Source: Geosiphon pyriformis uo1
Lineage: Eukaryota > Fungi > Glomeromycota
Direction: 5' to 3'
DNA length: 64,000 nt
Assembly (NCBI GenBank): GCA_016748015.1
Contig: JAAOMT010000012.1
Span: 175,583-239,582, forward strand
The translations under genes were made by a program, and so were the position numbers. Below the pieces are notes generated by a model. That model was not told the DNA's origin, did no database searches, and saw only the letters and a program-made list of their open reading frames with translations. Positions 40,021 to 52,584 of the stretch are shown here, in pieces. How positions within the stretch are numbered: the stretch's first letter is position 1; every line of letters starts with the position of its first letter.

Positions 40021-41690
40021 GTGAATAAGCTTTTTTAATTGTAGTGATATCAAAAAAAAATGGAATTCTATGTTTTTGTGTTAACTATTATTAATTAAAT
40101 ATTATTACTAAAAGAAATATATACTCTTTTTTTAAAATTAATACAATGCTAAATCAATTCAATAATACTGTTTTCTTTTTAACTATTAATTTAACTAATG
40201 AATTTTAACAAGTAAAAATAAATTCAGAAAGCAAAAAAAAAACTGTTTTTATTATTAAGTATAATATTTACAAATTTACAATTATGTTTTTTGGTCTTAT
40301 TAATGTTTTTTCTATTTGTTAATGTCTAATAAATAAAATATTCAAATCAGTAAAAAAAAACTTTGTTCTAGTTTATTTGAATAACATAATAATATACTCA
40401 AAAACTTGAAATAAACATCTTAAATATTTACAAAAAGTTTTTAATCTTCTCAAAAATGCTGGCTTTAAAATTAATTCAATTAAATCTTTTTTTAAACATT
40501 AATCTATCCAGTTTTTTGGTTATTTTATTACAAAAAATAAAATTTTTCTTAATCTACCCAAGATTAAAAAAGTTTAGAATATTAAACAACTAATAAACAT
40601 TTATAAACTATGCACTTTTTTTGGTTTGGTCTTTTATTATCAAAAATTTGTTAAAAATTTCTTTAAAATTGTCTTTTTTTTAATTAACTATTCAAAAAAA
40701 CTGTCAACTATTATTAGAATATATATTAGCAAAAAGTTTTTAAAATTTTGAAAGAAATACTAATTACAGAACTTATTCTTATATAACTTAATCTGAATCA
40801 ATTTTTTATTTTTTACATTAATATATCTGGTTTTAAACTTGGTGCTATTCTCTTTTAAAAAAATAAAAATAGCAAAAAGCATATTATAGCTTATACCAAC
40901 AAATTACTTTCTTTAGCAAAAAAAAATTACTTAATTACTAAACAAAAATATTTGATAGTAATTTAAACTACTAATTACTAAGATAAATATTTTTTTAATA
41001 CCAAATTTTTGGTGGTAACAGATTATTAAGCTTTAACTTGATTATGTAAAAAAAGAAGCTAAAATATAAACAAATAAATTAATAGATATTTTACTTAGAT
41101 AAATTTAACTATAATATACAATATTTTAAAGAAACAAATTATTAAAATAAAATACTTTTTTCAAACTTACCATTTAGTAATAGAACAATCTTTATAAATT
41201 AAACTAAATTAATTATTAATAATTTTATTTTAACCAAACACAATAATAGATTTGAACAACTATTTTGCCTTAATAAAATTTTTGGATAAAGAACAATATT
41301 TACTGAATTATACTTAACAGCAAAAAAAACATTTGCAAAAACAATCAAATTTTTATTTAATTTATCAAAACCAATTATATAAAAGAAATAGAAAAAATCT
41401 TAATTGCTTCTAAAAAATTATTAATATTAAAGAAATAAAAATTGTAATTTACAACATGTATATTAATTTATTAGTTAAATACTTCAAAAAAACAAAAACA
41501 AATCAGAAAATTTTAGCTTGCTATTATTAATTTATCTTAGAAAAAAACATTGCTAATTATATCAAAATTTGTAATACTTGACAAAAAAAAAACCTCCCAA
41601 TTGCAAAAAAGATATACATCCAATTTTTGTTGACCAATTATTTAACAAAATTAGTATAAATATTGTTAAATCTTTAATAATAACTTCTGA
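40021..41690 (+). pseudogene. RT-RNaseH-integrase N-terminus of a third Gypsy family, very degenerate
   Basis: Decayed KKNGILCFCVNY..LN, IMFFGLINV, VYLNNIII, FFGL.FYYQKFVKNF, KLGAIL; interrupted by element C at the start of RT. Confidence 0.85.
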
Positions 41691-42009
41691 TGACAATAAA
41701 ATTTAGAACTATAATTATATATTATTAATACTAATTGTAATTATAATTAATATAATCATAGATTAATTAATTATATTTCTTAGTAATAATTTTTGGATAG
41801 TAATTGTAAATTTAAAATATTAAACTGTATAAATAGAAGTGTATAAGAATTTTAAAGCATAATAAAGTCTGTTGTTATCAGATTATATATATCAATTCTT
41901 AATTTTCATTGGTGTTTTTTAATTTGTTAAGATTTTTTGTCATTATTAAGCTGATTACTAATCTTTTATTTTATATTTGTAGACTAATTTTGTTAATTAA
42001 ATATGATAA

Positions 42010-42282
42010 TGTAGGGAAGATAAAACCATTCAATTAGACATACTGGCTATTAAGAAAGACATATCATTTACTTAAAGAATATCAGCCACTAAAAAAGATA
42101 AAACCATCTGATTAAACATACTAGTCATCAAGAAAAACATACTATTTAATTAGACACACCAGCCATTAAGAAAAACATACTATTTAATTAGGCACACCAG
42201 TTATTAGAGAAGTTAAAATCATCTAATTAGGCACACTGACCATTAAAAAAGTTAAAACCATCCAATTAGGCACACTGGCTAT
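42010..42282 (+). repeat. Minisatellite copy 2 (continues at 52331-52584 and from 53495)
   Basis: Mutated units of AACCATCCAATTAGGCACACCAGCCAT, split by two LTR-element insertions. Confidence 0.85.
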
Positions 42283-43202
42283 TGTTACTCATAAAAAAAG
42301 GAAACAGATATAGGGAAATAGTAGACCAATAAGAGAACAGTATTTAGCACATGAGCACATTGCTCAGCTATGTAAAGCAATATCAAAAATTATGGCACAT
42401 TGTTCAGCAATATGGAACAATGTCAGAAAACAAGGCACATTGCTTAGCAATGTAGAGCGATATTAGAAAATTAGGGCATATTGTTCAGCAATATGAGCAT
42501 TGCTTAAGAAATCATAGCACATTGCTTGGGAATATGAGCAATCTTGTAGAACATTAATTATGTATATATAGCAGTAACATTAGAAATAGGAAAATCAGAA
42601 TTCTTTTATTAAAGACCTCACAGTTTTAAATTTCATCTAAAAAACAACTTTCCACTCACAAGTATTAATAAATAATTATTTACCATTTCAATCTACTCTC
42701 CACTATCAACACTCTATGTTGATAGCAGTTGATATTTAACCACACTGGAACAATAGCTCTTGATTATGGCTATTGACAAATAATAATTTACATATTGTCT
42801 GGGCTCATTTTTTTATTTTTTTTTATTTTTCTTTTCTTGATTTTATTTGTTGTATACTAACTAATTAGGGATTAAAGCATTGAGTAATTGATGTTATGGA
42901 TAGCTTGGTAAAAGACTCAGAAATAAGGGTAAAATTATATATATATTAATGGATAGCTTACCAGAAGAGCACAAATACCAGAATAAACCGGCCACCAAAC
43001 TGAAAACAGAAATTGGGAACACTATGCACCAACTCACTATTTCATCATTGAATCTTTGTTCATTATACAAAGAATTCTCAATCAAAACCTTCAGATAAAG
43101 ACAACATACCAATATTACCATTACCAGCCATCAGAGTAGATACTGAGCACCAAGTTACGAGTTTGTTATTTGATTTGAGACCCCAAATAATTACCTGTAA
43201 CA

Positions 43203-43221
43203 TTTGGTGCTTCCTGTGAAA
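43203..43221 (+). promoter_or_regulatory. Primer binding site TGGTGCT(C/T)CCTGTGA; priming tRNA possibly elongator Met or Ile(UAU)
   Basis: TGG 2 nt after the LTR; consensus with element C is TGGTGCTCCCTGTGAGG. tRNA identity is inference. Confidence 0.75.
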
Positions 43222-45900
43222 TATAATCCTACAAAGAACCAGCACCATCAACAATCATCCAAAAGTGGCAGAATCAGAAATCATAGGAACAAACCATTTA
43301 GGATTTGCCAAATCCTTATTTCAATAGTACAGTCAACAATTAGGATTGAACAATAATCATTTTCCAGTGGAATCAGTCTTCAACTTTTACATTAACAATA
43401 AAATCACAGACTGCTTAGGAGGAACAGTTAACATTGAATCCACAAGAGAAAATTTCTATACAGAATTATTTCAACATACCAGCTTACCAAGAAACTACAG
43501 TTTTGCACCAATTATTAAGGAAATCAATCAAACTATTGAAAAGTATACACAACAACAATTCCCCATTTCAAAGTAAACAATGAAAAGCAAAGTTATTAGG
43601 ACCATATGGCAATTACTTTGAAGGATTTAAATCATGATTACCAATATCATCAGGATTCCAATCACCACTACCTCAACCAGATTTCAGAACCACAAGTCCC
43701 TGGGAATTAACAAAATTGAAAGAGAAACAGAGAGAAGAAGAAGAATCTGAAGATCAAGAATTTACTTACTAGAACTCAATCCCAGAAAACCCGGACATTG
43801 GAATCCTGAACTTTCAGACTCAGCAAAATCTAAATTTAGAAAATCCGGAAATTGAAACTTCAAATTTTCAAACACAGCACAATCAGAATAATTGAAACCC
43901 CGACATTAATAATCAACAACACTTACCTCCAATAATCATGATCAATCCACCCCCAGCTCCACCAATCAATGAATAGCAACAACAGCCATTCCAACTGTCC
44001 CAACAACTACAATAGCCACTGCAACAGTCACAACAACAATCCCAACTAAACTTAGATCCAATGGCCTATACTCCAATAGCAAAACTTGAGAAATTCACTG
44101 GCAGAAAGGATAATGCCCAAGTATGGCTTAATGACATAAAAAAAGCCATAGTGGCTAATAGATAGAATAACACCAGAGCCATGCAAGCCATCCCATACTT
44201 TCTCCAAGATACCACTGATTCATGGTATCAAAGCCTAGTCAACAAACCCCAAGATTTCAATGCATTCAAAATTGAGTTCTTAAGATACTTCAACAACAAT
44301 AACAGCATTAATAGACTAGTAAACATCTTCACTACTATCAAACAAGGAGAAAATGAAGCAGTCACTACTTACTTAGGATGCTTCCACAGAAATTTGCACC
44401 AGATCCAAGCCATTGATGCCAATTATTTTACAGTGGTCCAAATCCTAAATCAGTTTATTCGCAGATTACACAGCAGCATTCTGCAATGCGTATATTCAAT
44501 CCATCCTGTTGATCTACAAGCAGTCATCACAAATGCCAGAGATTTTGAAGCTGCTGAATTAGAAGCCAATCATGCCCAAGCTGTTAATCTAGTAATGAAT
44601 GGATCATCTGAATTGGATTCCAAATTAAAACAATTTAGTGATTCCATTAATCAGAAATTAGAGGGATATTTAGCTAACAATCACACAATTTATTAATCAC
44701 CACAATAACACAATAATTCCAGAAACACGAATCGCTTTTAGAATTAGTTGTGTCCATCATCGTCAACCAATCAACAGTGGCAACAGGAAATGCATGTTTG
44801 TCACTATTGTAATAAACAAGAACATCTACAAATTGATTGCCACTATTACTTAAATAACCAATAATCAGAAAATCAATATCAAAACCCCAATTACCAGTTT
44901 CAAATTCCAAATAACTCACCAAACTCAAAGCCATATTATCAGAATTACTTACCTATAATACAGCAGCCATCTTATTAACCACCAGTATATCAAATGCCAA
45001 TTTATCAACTAATAACACTGGCAATTTATCAGCCACAGCCACAACCCATGTATTAGCTGCAGTCTCAGGTAATCTATCAGCCCCAACAAATTCAAACATT
45101 GCCACAGAATTTATCTTAAAATGAAACCCAAAGGCTGAGATTAACCCAATAAAACTGGAAATCATTAATAATAGTTTACTAACTGATCCCCAGTTTTTCC
45201 ACACAACCAGCAGGATCCCAACAATGGAATTCGAGCACTGGGTACACCCAAAACCCGAATTCTCAGAACTATTTAAGTCTACTGGTCACCCCAGAAAATG
45301 CTCAACCCAATAACCTGGAAACCAACCAACACCCAACACTTACCAGCAACATTCCACCAGCTACCATTACTGAAAATGAATCTCTAGATGCCATCTTCTT
45401 ATTTGAACTCAAAAAACCATCAACCATGCCATTATTTAGTAAAGCTGCTCTGGAAAAAAAACCTATTACTGCCATATATACTGATGCCAAAGTTGATGGC
45501 CACTCCATTAAACTGATCCTAAACAGTGGATCAGCTGGCAGCATCATTACAAAACAACTCATGGACCAATTAGGTCGCTGAATTGATCACGCTGCCAGTG
45601 CCAGGATCATAACTGCCAATGAAACAACCAAAACTCCCATTGGTAAGATTGATGACTTTTTTTTTGAAGTCAATGGTTCATTATTCCCATCAAAGTACTA
45701 GTAATGGAAGCAATCCAATACCAGGCATTAGTAGGAAATGACTGGTTATCTAAAACCAACACCATACTGGACTGGACAATACAGGAGCTCCAACTGAGCC
45801 AAAACAGTCAACACACATGTGTACTAGCCATGTGTGGCTATTTCAAGACCACTAACTTGACAATACTACTCATTGAATTTAAGGAAGAAGAGAAAAAACC
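43209..45900 (+). pseudogene. gag + aspartic protease of element D
   Basis: AKLEKFTG..DNAQVWLND...MQAIPYFLQDT.DSWYQSL (retrotransposon gag), CHYCNKQEHLQIDC knuckle (~44798-44840), LILNSGSAGSII (DSG>NSG) and LVGNDWL. Confidence 0.9.
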
Positions 45901-47068
45901 TACTTAAGAAGCCTACCAAGTTTCCTGGGCCAACACAGAACACAATGAGCTACTGCCAATACCTTCATAGAACAACAACAGCAAAAGAAAGCAGAGTGAA
46001 GAACTTACCTGAAAAGCTGACCAAGCCTGGAAAACCAACAACAACCAGGAAGAACAAATAAATTGGGAATAGAAAGAAGACAAAAAAGGAAAAGGAAAGG
46101 GGAAGAAAGAAGAACCAACAACCAACAGCAACCCCACTTATAATTCCTACACTACACTCCACCGATCCACTTATTGCCATCCAAAACTAATATGCATTGA
46201 TTGCAGTAAGAAATTGTTGTCAATGAGCACTTGTTGTGGTGACAATGAGAAATACACTTTGGCAACAAAATTCTACTGTTACTCATGTGTCATTGAACAC
46301 TTTGAAAGGCCAAAACAGGTTAGAAAATAGGACAATGAATTATGCTTGGCTTGTAGAAAAACTCTTCTGGACAAAGAAATGTGGAATAACATTCCTGGGT
46401 AAGAAGGAACATGTGACAAATTGTGTCAATACATGATTCTCATAAGTAACTGGATGAGAAAAAAAATGTCCATAGACACTGTTTGAAGACAAGCTGTCAA
46501 ATGTCTGGATGGGTGTCCACACAATAATAACAAAATCTGGCAAATAGCACTTGCCAAAATAGAAGGAGTGACCCCAAAAGAAATAAAAATAATTAAAAAT
46601 AATCCACCTGAATCTATAGAACTTGACTGGGATCCAAAACCAATCATAAATCTCCTAGATCCAGAACAATTTTACAAACATTATCAAGAGCTAGCACCTA
46701 CTATGAAAGAACAAAAGCAATGTTTGGAGCAGTTGAATACTTGATTATGTCAATATTGCTTAATTTCCTATGACTTTCAATATTGTAATGAGTGTGACTT
46801 CATTTACAATCCACCACCATGCATAATCTACACAATCTCAAAAGAAGAACCAATCAACAGCTGCACATTGGAATTGGAATCAGTTTTCAATCCTGATTCA
46901 AACTCTGACAATAACAATGATGAAAACACCAGTTTCAGCTCCATGCAATATGGCAACAAAAATATCAATAATTCAAACTCCAATTCAAATCCCAAAATAT
47001 ATATTGCACTTCCTGATCTCTCTAAAGAGCAGGAACTCAAATAGTATAATAATAATAATGAAAATATC

Positions 47069-47465
47069 ATGCCAAAATGTGCACATGATACCAATGCAGG
47101 GTTTGATCTAAGATATTCAGAAAAAGAAGTCATTAAATTAGAACCAAATTTGCACACATGTATTGATCTCAAAATAGCTCTAGAAATTCTAGCAACAACC
47201 ATAGTTCAACTAGCATCTAAAAGTAGTTTAGTGAAAAAAGAAATCAACATCAGAGGAGAGATAATTGATGTAAGATACATAGAAAATATTATTGCCATAC
47301 TACAAAATGATTCAGAAAAAACCTATATTATAGAACCAAATAAAAAGATAGCACAGGCAATATTCTTACCTCTGGTGAAAATATCTTAGTTAGTTTTAAT
47401 GGGAAAGAGGGAAAAATTAGGTATAACAGCAAAAGGGATACAGAGATTTGGATCAATGGATAGAA
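47069..47465 (+). pseudogene. dUTPase domain of element D
   Basis: AHDTNAGFDLRY, KSSL, GEIIDVRYIE, KIAQAIF, GIQRFGS. Confidence 0.9.
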
Positions 47466-48103
47466 TAGACATACCAGTCAATATAGCAAAGGAAGAAATG
47501 GTTGACAAAGGAGAAATTATCTCAACTTGTCAATCAATTTTTATTCCACTATATGACTAGTATATGTTAGTCATAAAAAGAGAAGTAAAGGATCAAGCTC
47601 AATTGTTTGAAGCAGAAGCCACTATTTGTAAATCAGGAGAAATTGGACTCACTAATCTCTACATATCAGCCAAAAGCCCCAAAAACATCAAAATTTCCAT
47701 CTATAACACAACTGAAAAGGTCATCAAAATACCAAAAAGAACTATTATTGGATATTTAACTACTCAAGTTGAGAATCAACTACCAAACCACATTCCAGAT
47801 TTTCCACAATTTTGTGGATATGTGGACATCACTTCACAAACCATCTATAGATGAAGTGAATGTTATTTGCTCCAACCAGAACAATTGGAACAGATAAACA
47901 TGGAGAATCTAAACCCACTCCAATAAATGCAACTGAAAATGTTACTCAACAATTTTAATAACATCTTTGCCAGTGAAAATGAATTTGGCTGCACCAATAT
48001 TATTCAGCATCAGATTAAGACTGGAGATGTGATGCCAATTAAACAAAAAGCATACAGAATATCACCAGCTAGCCATGAGATCATTCATCAAAAAATTAAC
48101 TGA

Positions 48104-49294
48104 ATGCTTGACAATAGGCTAATTCAGCCATCAATAAGTCTATGGTTATCACTAGTAGTACTGATCTGTAAAAAAAATGAGAAAATCCGTTTTTGTGTAG
48201 ACTACCAGAAACTAAATAGAGTAACAAAGGGTGATAGCTATCCAACTTTAAAGATCCAAGAACTATTTGACACTTTTGGAGAAAATAAATGGTTCTCCAC
48301 ACTGGATTTAGATAGTAATTACTGGCAAGTAGCCATGGATCCAGCCAACAAAAAAAAAACAGTGTTCACCACAAAAAAAGGAAATTTTGAGTTTAAAGTC
48401 ATGCCATTTGGCTTGATGAATGCTCCAGTCATATTCCAATGGCTTATGAAAATTGTTTATACTGGACTACTATGGAAATCAGTAGTCATATACTTAGATA
48501 ACACCAATGTGTTCTCAAAAACATTTGATGATCATCTACATCATTTCCAACAAGTATTCAAAAGGTTAAGAAGAGCTAAATTGAAACTAAATGCAACCAA
48601 ATGTTTCTTTGAAAAAACTGAACTCAAGTTTTTGGGACATGTAGTGAGCAAAGACAGAATCAAAACAGATCCAGACAAGATTGAAGTAGTTAAGAACTTT
48701 CCAGTACCAGCCAACTTGTCAGAACTAAGGGCATTTTTGGAATTTGCAGGCTACTATTACCACTTCATTAAGAATTTTTCTAAACTAGCTCAGCCACTTC
48801 ACTATCTACAAACCAAAAATGTGAAGTATGAATGGACTAAAACTCAACAAGAAGCATTCAACATATTGAGAAGAAAGCTTATCCAAGCTCCAGTATTGAT
48901 GTATCCAGATTACAACAAACTATTCATCATTACTACTGATGCATCAGGTCAAGCATTGGGAGCAGTATTCTTACAGAAAAGACCTGATGGAAGAGAACAT
49001 TCAATAGCTTATGCCAGTAGAAATTTAAGTCCAGCTGAAAAGAACTATGGAACTCTAGCACTGGAATACTTAGCTATCTATTGGGCTGTCATCAAGTGGA
49101 AAAAATACTTGAATTAAAAGTTTGAGGTGCACACTGATCACAAAGAATTGACTTCAATACAAAAACAAGAATTTGCAGATGATTGCCATATCAGATAGAA
49201 AATAGAACTTTCATTATTCAATTATACAGTACATTATAAAAAAGGAAAAGACAATGAAAATGCTGATGAATTGTCACGAATGAGACAAATCTAA
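48104..49294 (+). pseudogene. RT + RNase H of element D
   Basis: 337-aa ORF with RFCVDY, LDLDSNYWQ, MPFGLMNAP, YLDN, TDASGQALGAV; ends NADELSRMRQI*. Confidence 0.96.
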
Positions 49295-49324
49295 AAACAT
49301 TTCAACCCAAAAATATAACAAAAG

Positions 49325-50700
49325 ATGAACACACAAAAATACCAACAACTCCAGTATTATATAAATACTCAATCATTCAAGAAGAAATTATCTCAAAAAG
49401 AACAAAACAACATAAAACAGCAATCAAAATATTTCTTCAATCATCAAAATATACTTTACCAGAAAAACAAAAGGAATCCAGACCAACCAACCAGAGTAAT
49501 TACAGAATCAGAAAAAGAAACAATATTGTTTAACATGCACTCAGATCCAACAGCAGGACATTTTCATAAAGAAGCAATCATAGAAAAAACCAAAAAAAGA
49601 TACTATTGGCCATCAATGTATCCAGACATTATCTAATATGTTCAAAACTGTAATGCTTGTCAAAGAAAAGGAGGAACAAAACCCAGTGAACTATTGAGAC
49701 CAATCAAAGTAAGACAATCATTTGACCATATCAGAATTGATTTAGTTGAACCATTAACAATCACCAGTAGAGGCAACAAATATATCGCAATAGCCATTAA
49801 CTATCTCACTAAATAGCCAGAAGCAAAAGCCATTCAAAAAGCAGATGCAGAATTCATTGCCAAATTTGTTCATTAAGATTTGATTTGTCGACATAAATGT
49901 CCAAAAGAACTATTATCAGATCAAGGAACTCACTTTGTGAACAGAACATTAGCAGAATTAAGTCAGAGATTTGGAATCAAAAAACCATTATCATTACCAT
50001 ACTATCCACAAACAAATGGGTTAGTTGAGAGATTTAACAGAACATTGTGTGAAGCAATTGCCAAGATCAATCAAGAAAACCAGGATGAATGGGATTTGTT
50101 CATATCATCAGTATTATTTGCTTATTGGACAATGAAGCAAGACACTACATAAACAACACCATTCGAATTAGTATATAGTAGAACAGCAACATTACCAGTT
50201 GAGATGGAAGTCACCACTTATCCAACAGAACCAATAACTGAAAACAATTTTCAGAAAACATTGCTAAAAAGAACATATGACTTAATGGAAACATTAGAAA
50301 ATAAATGGTGAAGAGCAGCTGATAACATTCAAAAGTCACAAGAAAAACAAAAAAAAAGACATGATAATTAATTACCAGACAAACCAGTTGAATTCAAGAT
50401 TGAAGACAAAGTATTTTTACATTATACCAAAATGAAAAAACAATAGAGTAGAAAATTTGACTCCAAATGGGATGGACCATTTCACATAAAAGAAATTCTG
50501 AGAAATGAAGCTTATAAACTAAGATAAGACAACAAAATCTTAGCCAAAGCAGCACATAATAATCGACTGAAACCATATCACCAAATAGCAACATTATCTA
50601 CTAATAACATTCCACAATTAGGAGTACAACAAATACTAGTCCAACCAGATAAGATTCCATGAGATCTGAAACCAATCATAATCATTGGACCAAACATGTA
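49325..50700 (+). pseudogene. Integrase of element D (HHCC, DDE core, GPF module; no chromodomain)
   Basis: MHSDPTAGHF...YYWP...CNAC, SDQGTHF, YPQTNGLVERFNRTL, KFDSKWDGPFHI...YKL. Confidence 0.93.
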
Positions 50701-51390
50701 AAATCAAACAATAAAAGAGTAGATAAAGACACAGTATATGTGACAAAAGCAACCAAAAAAATGGAAATACCAGACCATATTCACACCATAGCTTAGCAAT
50801 TATTCCAGGCATTAAGTCAACAATCATTAGACATGGAAATTATTGTTAATAACCAAACAATTTGCTATTAAAACACCAAAAAAAAGACAAAGAATACACC
50901 ATATTAGCAAATACCAAAGAATGATAAAAACAGGTCAAATAACATAATAGAAAAAGTAAAGAACACTTTTGGGAAAATACCTATTATGGCACCAACAGAA
51001 AAACTTACAAAAGAGAATTGAAAGCAATGAACAGAACAACTTTCAATATTATACTATTACTACCAATTAGGTCAAAAGTTGAATATTCAGGAGTTGTATA
51101 TCAACAAATCCAAGAGAGTATTTAACCAAAACATAATACGGCAAATTGAAGAATTTATTGGTAAAAAGACGAACTCAACACTATATGTGAGAACAATTTA
51201 TTGACTGCACAACATATTTCAAAACTATCCAGAAATACTGTTACACTCTAATATGAAAACCATAACCATTAATCAATGGAGAAAAATGAACAAGATACAA
51301 GTAAAAAACGTGAAAAATAAAATTGAACAAACAATACTAGAAAAAAAAGTATTAGAGCTAATTCAAAATGAAGATTTCGACAGAACTTAA
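50696..51390 (+). pseudogene. Extra ORF between integrase and PPT (unknown function)
   Basis: Reads LSILYYYYQLGQKL...VRTIY*LHNIFQNYPEILLHS...WRKMNK...EDFDRT*; homologous sequence in element C (31022-31730, -). Confidence 0.6.
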
Positions 51391-52584
51391 TATTAAAAAG
51401 AAGGAGATAATGTTATTCATAAAAAAAAGAAACAGATATAGGAAAATAGTAGACCAATAAGAGAACAGTATTTAGCATATGAGCACATTGTTTAGCTATG
51501 TAGAGCAATATCAGAAATCATGGCACATTGCTTAGCAATGTGAAGCAATATCAGAAAGCAAGGCACATTGTTTAGCAATATGGAGTAATGTTAGAAAATT
51601 AGGGCACATTACTCAGCAATGTGAGCATTGCTTAAGAAATCATAGCACATTGCTCAGAAATGTGAGCAATTTCATAGAATATTAATTATGTATATATAAC
51701 AGTAGTATTAGAAGTAAAAAAATCAGAATCTTTTTATTAAAGACCTCTCAGTTTTAGATTTCATCTAAAAAACAACTTTTCATTCACAAGTATTAATAAA
51801 TAATTATTCACTATTTCAATCTACTTTCCACTATTAACACTTCATCTTGATAGCAATTGATACTTAACCACACTGAAACAATAGTTCTTAATCATGACTA
51901 TTAATGAATACTGACTTGTGCATTGTCTGGGCTCATTTTTTTATTTTCTTTTATTTTTATTTTCTTGATTTTATTTGTTGTATACTAACTGATTAAGAAT
52001 TAAAGTGCTAAGTAATTAACATCACAGATAGTCTGATAAAAGACCCAGAAATAAGAGTAAAATTATATATATATTAACAAATAGCTTACTAGAAGGGCAC
52101 AAATGCCAGAATAAACTGGCCACCAAACTGAAGACAGAAATTGGGAACACTATGCACCAACCCACTACTTTATCATTAAATCTCTGTCCATTATATAAAA
52201 GATTCTCAATTAAAACCTTCAAATAAAGACAACATACTAATATTACCACTACCAGCCATCAGAGTAAATACTAAACACTAAGTTACGGATTTGTTATTTG
52301 ATTTGAGACTCCAAATAATCACCTGTAATATCATCAAAAAAAGCATATTATCTACTTAAAAAACACTATTCACCAGGAAAGATAAAACCATCTAATTAAG
52401 CATACCAGCCATTAAAAAAGTTAAATTCATCTAATTAGACACACCAGCCATTAAGAAATATAAATATCTAATTAAGCACACCTGACAATAAAAGAAGTTA
52501 AAACCATCCAATTAGGTATATTGGCTATTAGGAAAAGCAATTATCTACTTAAGAAACACCAGTCATCCAAAAAAATAAAATCAT

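Larger units (their letters stand above)
42283..52330 (+). mobile_element. Full-length Ty3/Gypsy element D (10 kb; 920-bp LTRs 42283-43202 and 51411-52330)
   Basis: TGTTA...TAACA/TAATA LTRs, PBS, PPT (51395-51410); 4-bp TSD CTAT/TCAT, both derivable from CCAT by C>T. Confidence 0.96.

Noticed and set aside
42010-42282. ~36-bp repeats (also 18781-18980 and 52331-52584) as a CRISPR array
   Set aside because: No unique spacers, the units are contiguous and degenerate, there are no cas genes, and the context is eukaryotic TEs.
42894-43121. Hydrophobic 75-aa ORF repeated at 52022-52249
   Set aside because: Lies antisense within LTR U5. It recurs only because the LTR is duplicated and starts at a non-ATG codon; no evidence for a protein.
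42283-43202. Dating the insertion from LTR-LTR divergence
   Set aside because: Differences are dominated by directed transitions, so a neutral clock would greatly overestimate age.
50520-50700. Chromodomain at the integrase C-terminus
   Set aside because: No aromatic-cage or Y.VKW.G motif visible after the GPF module.
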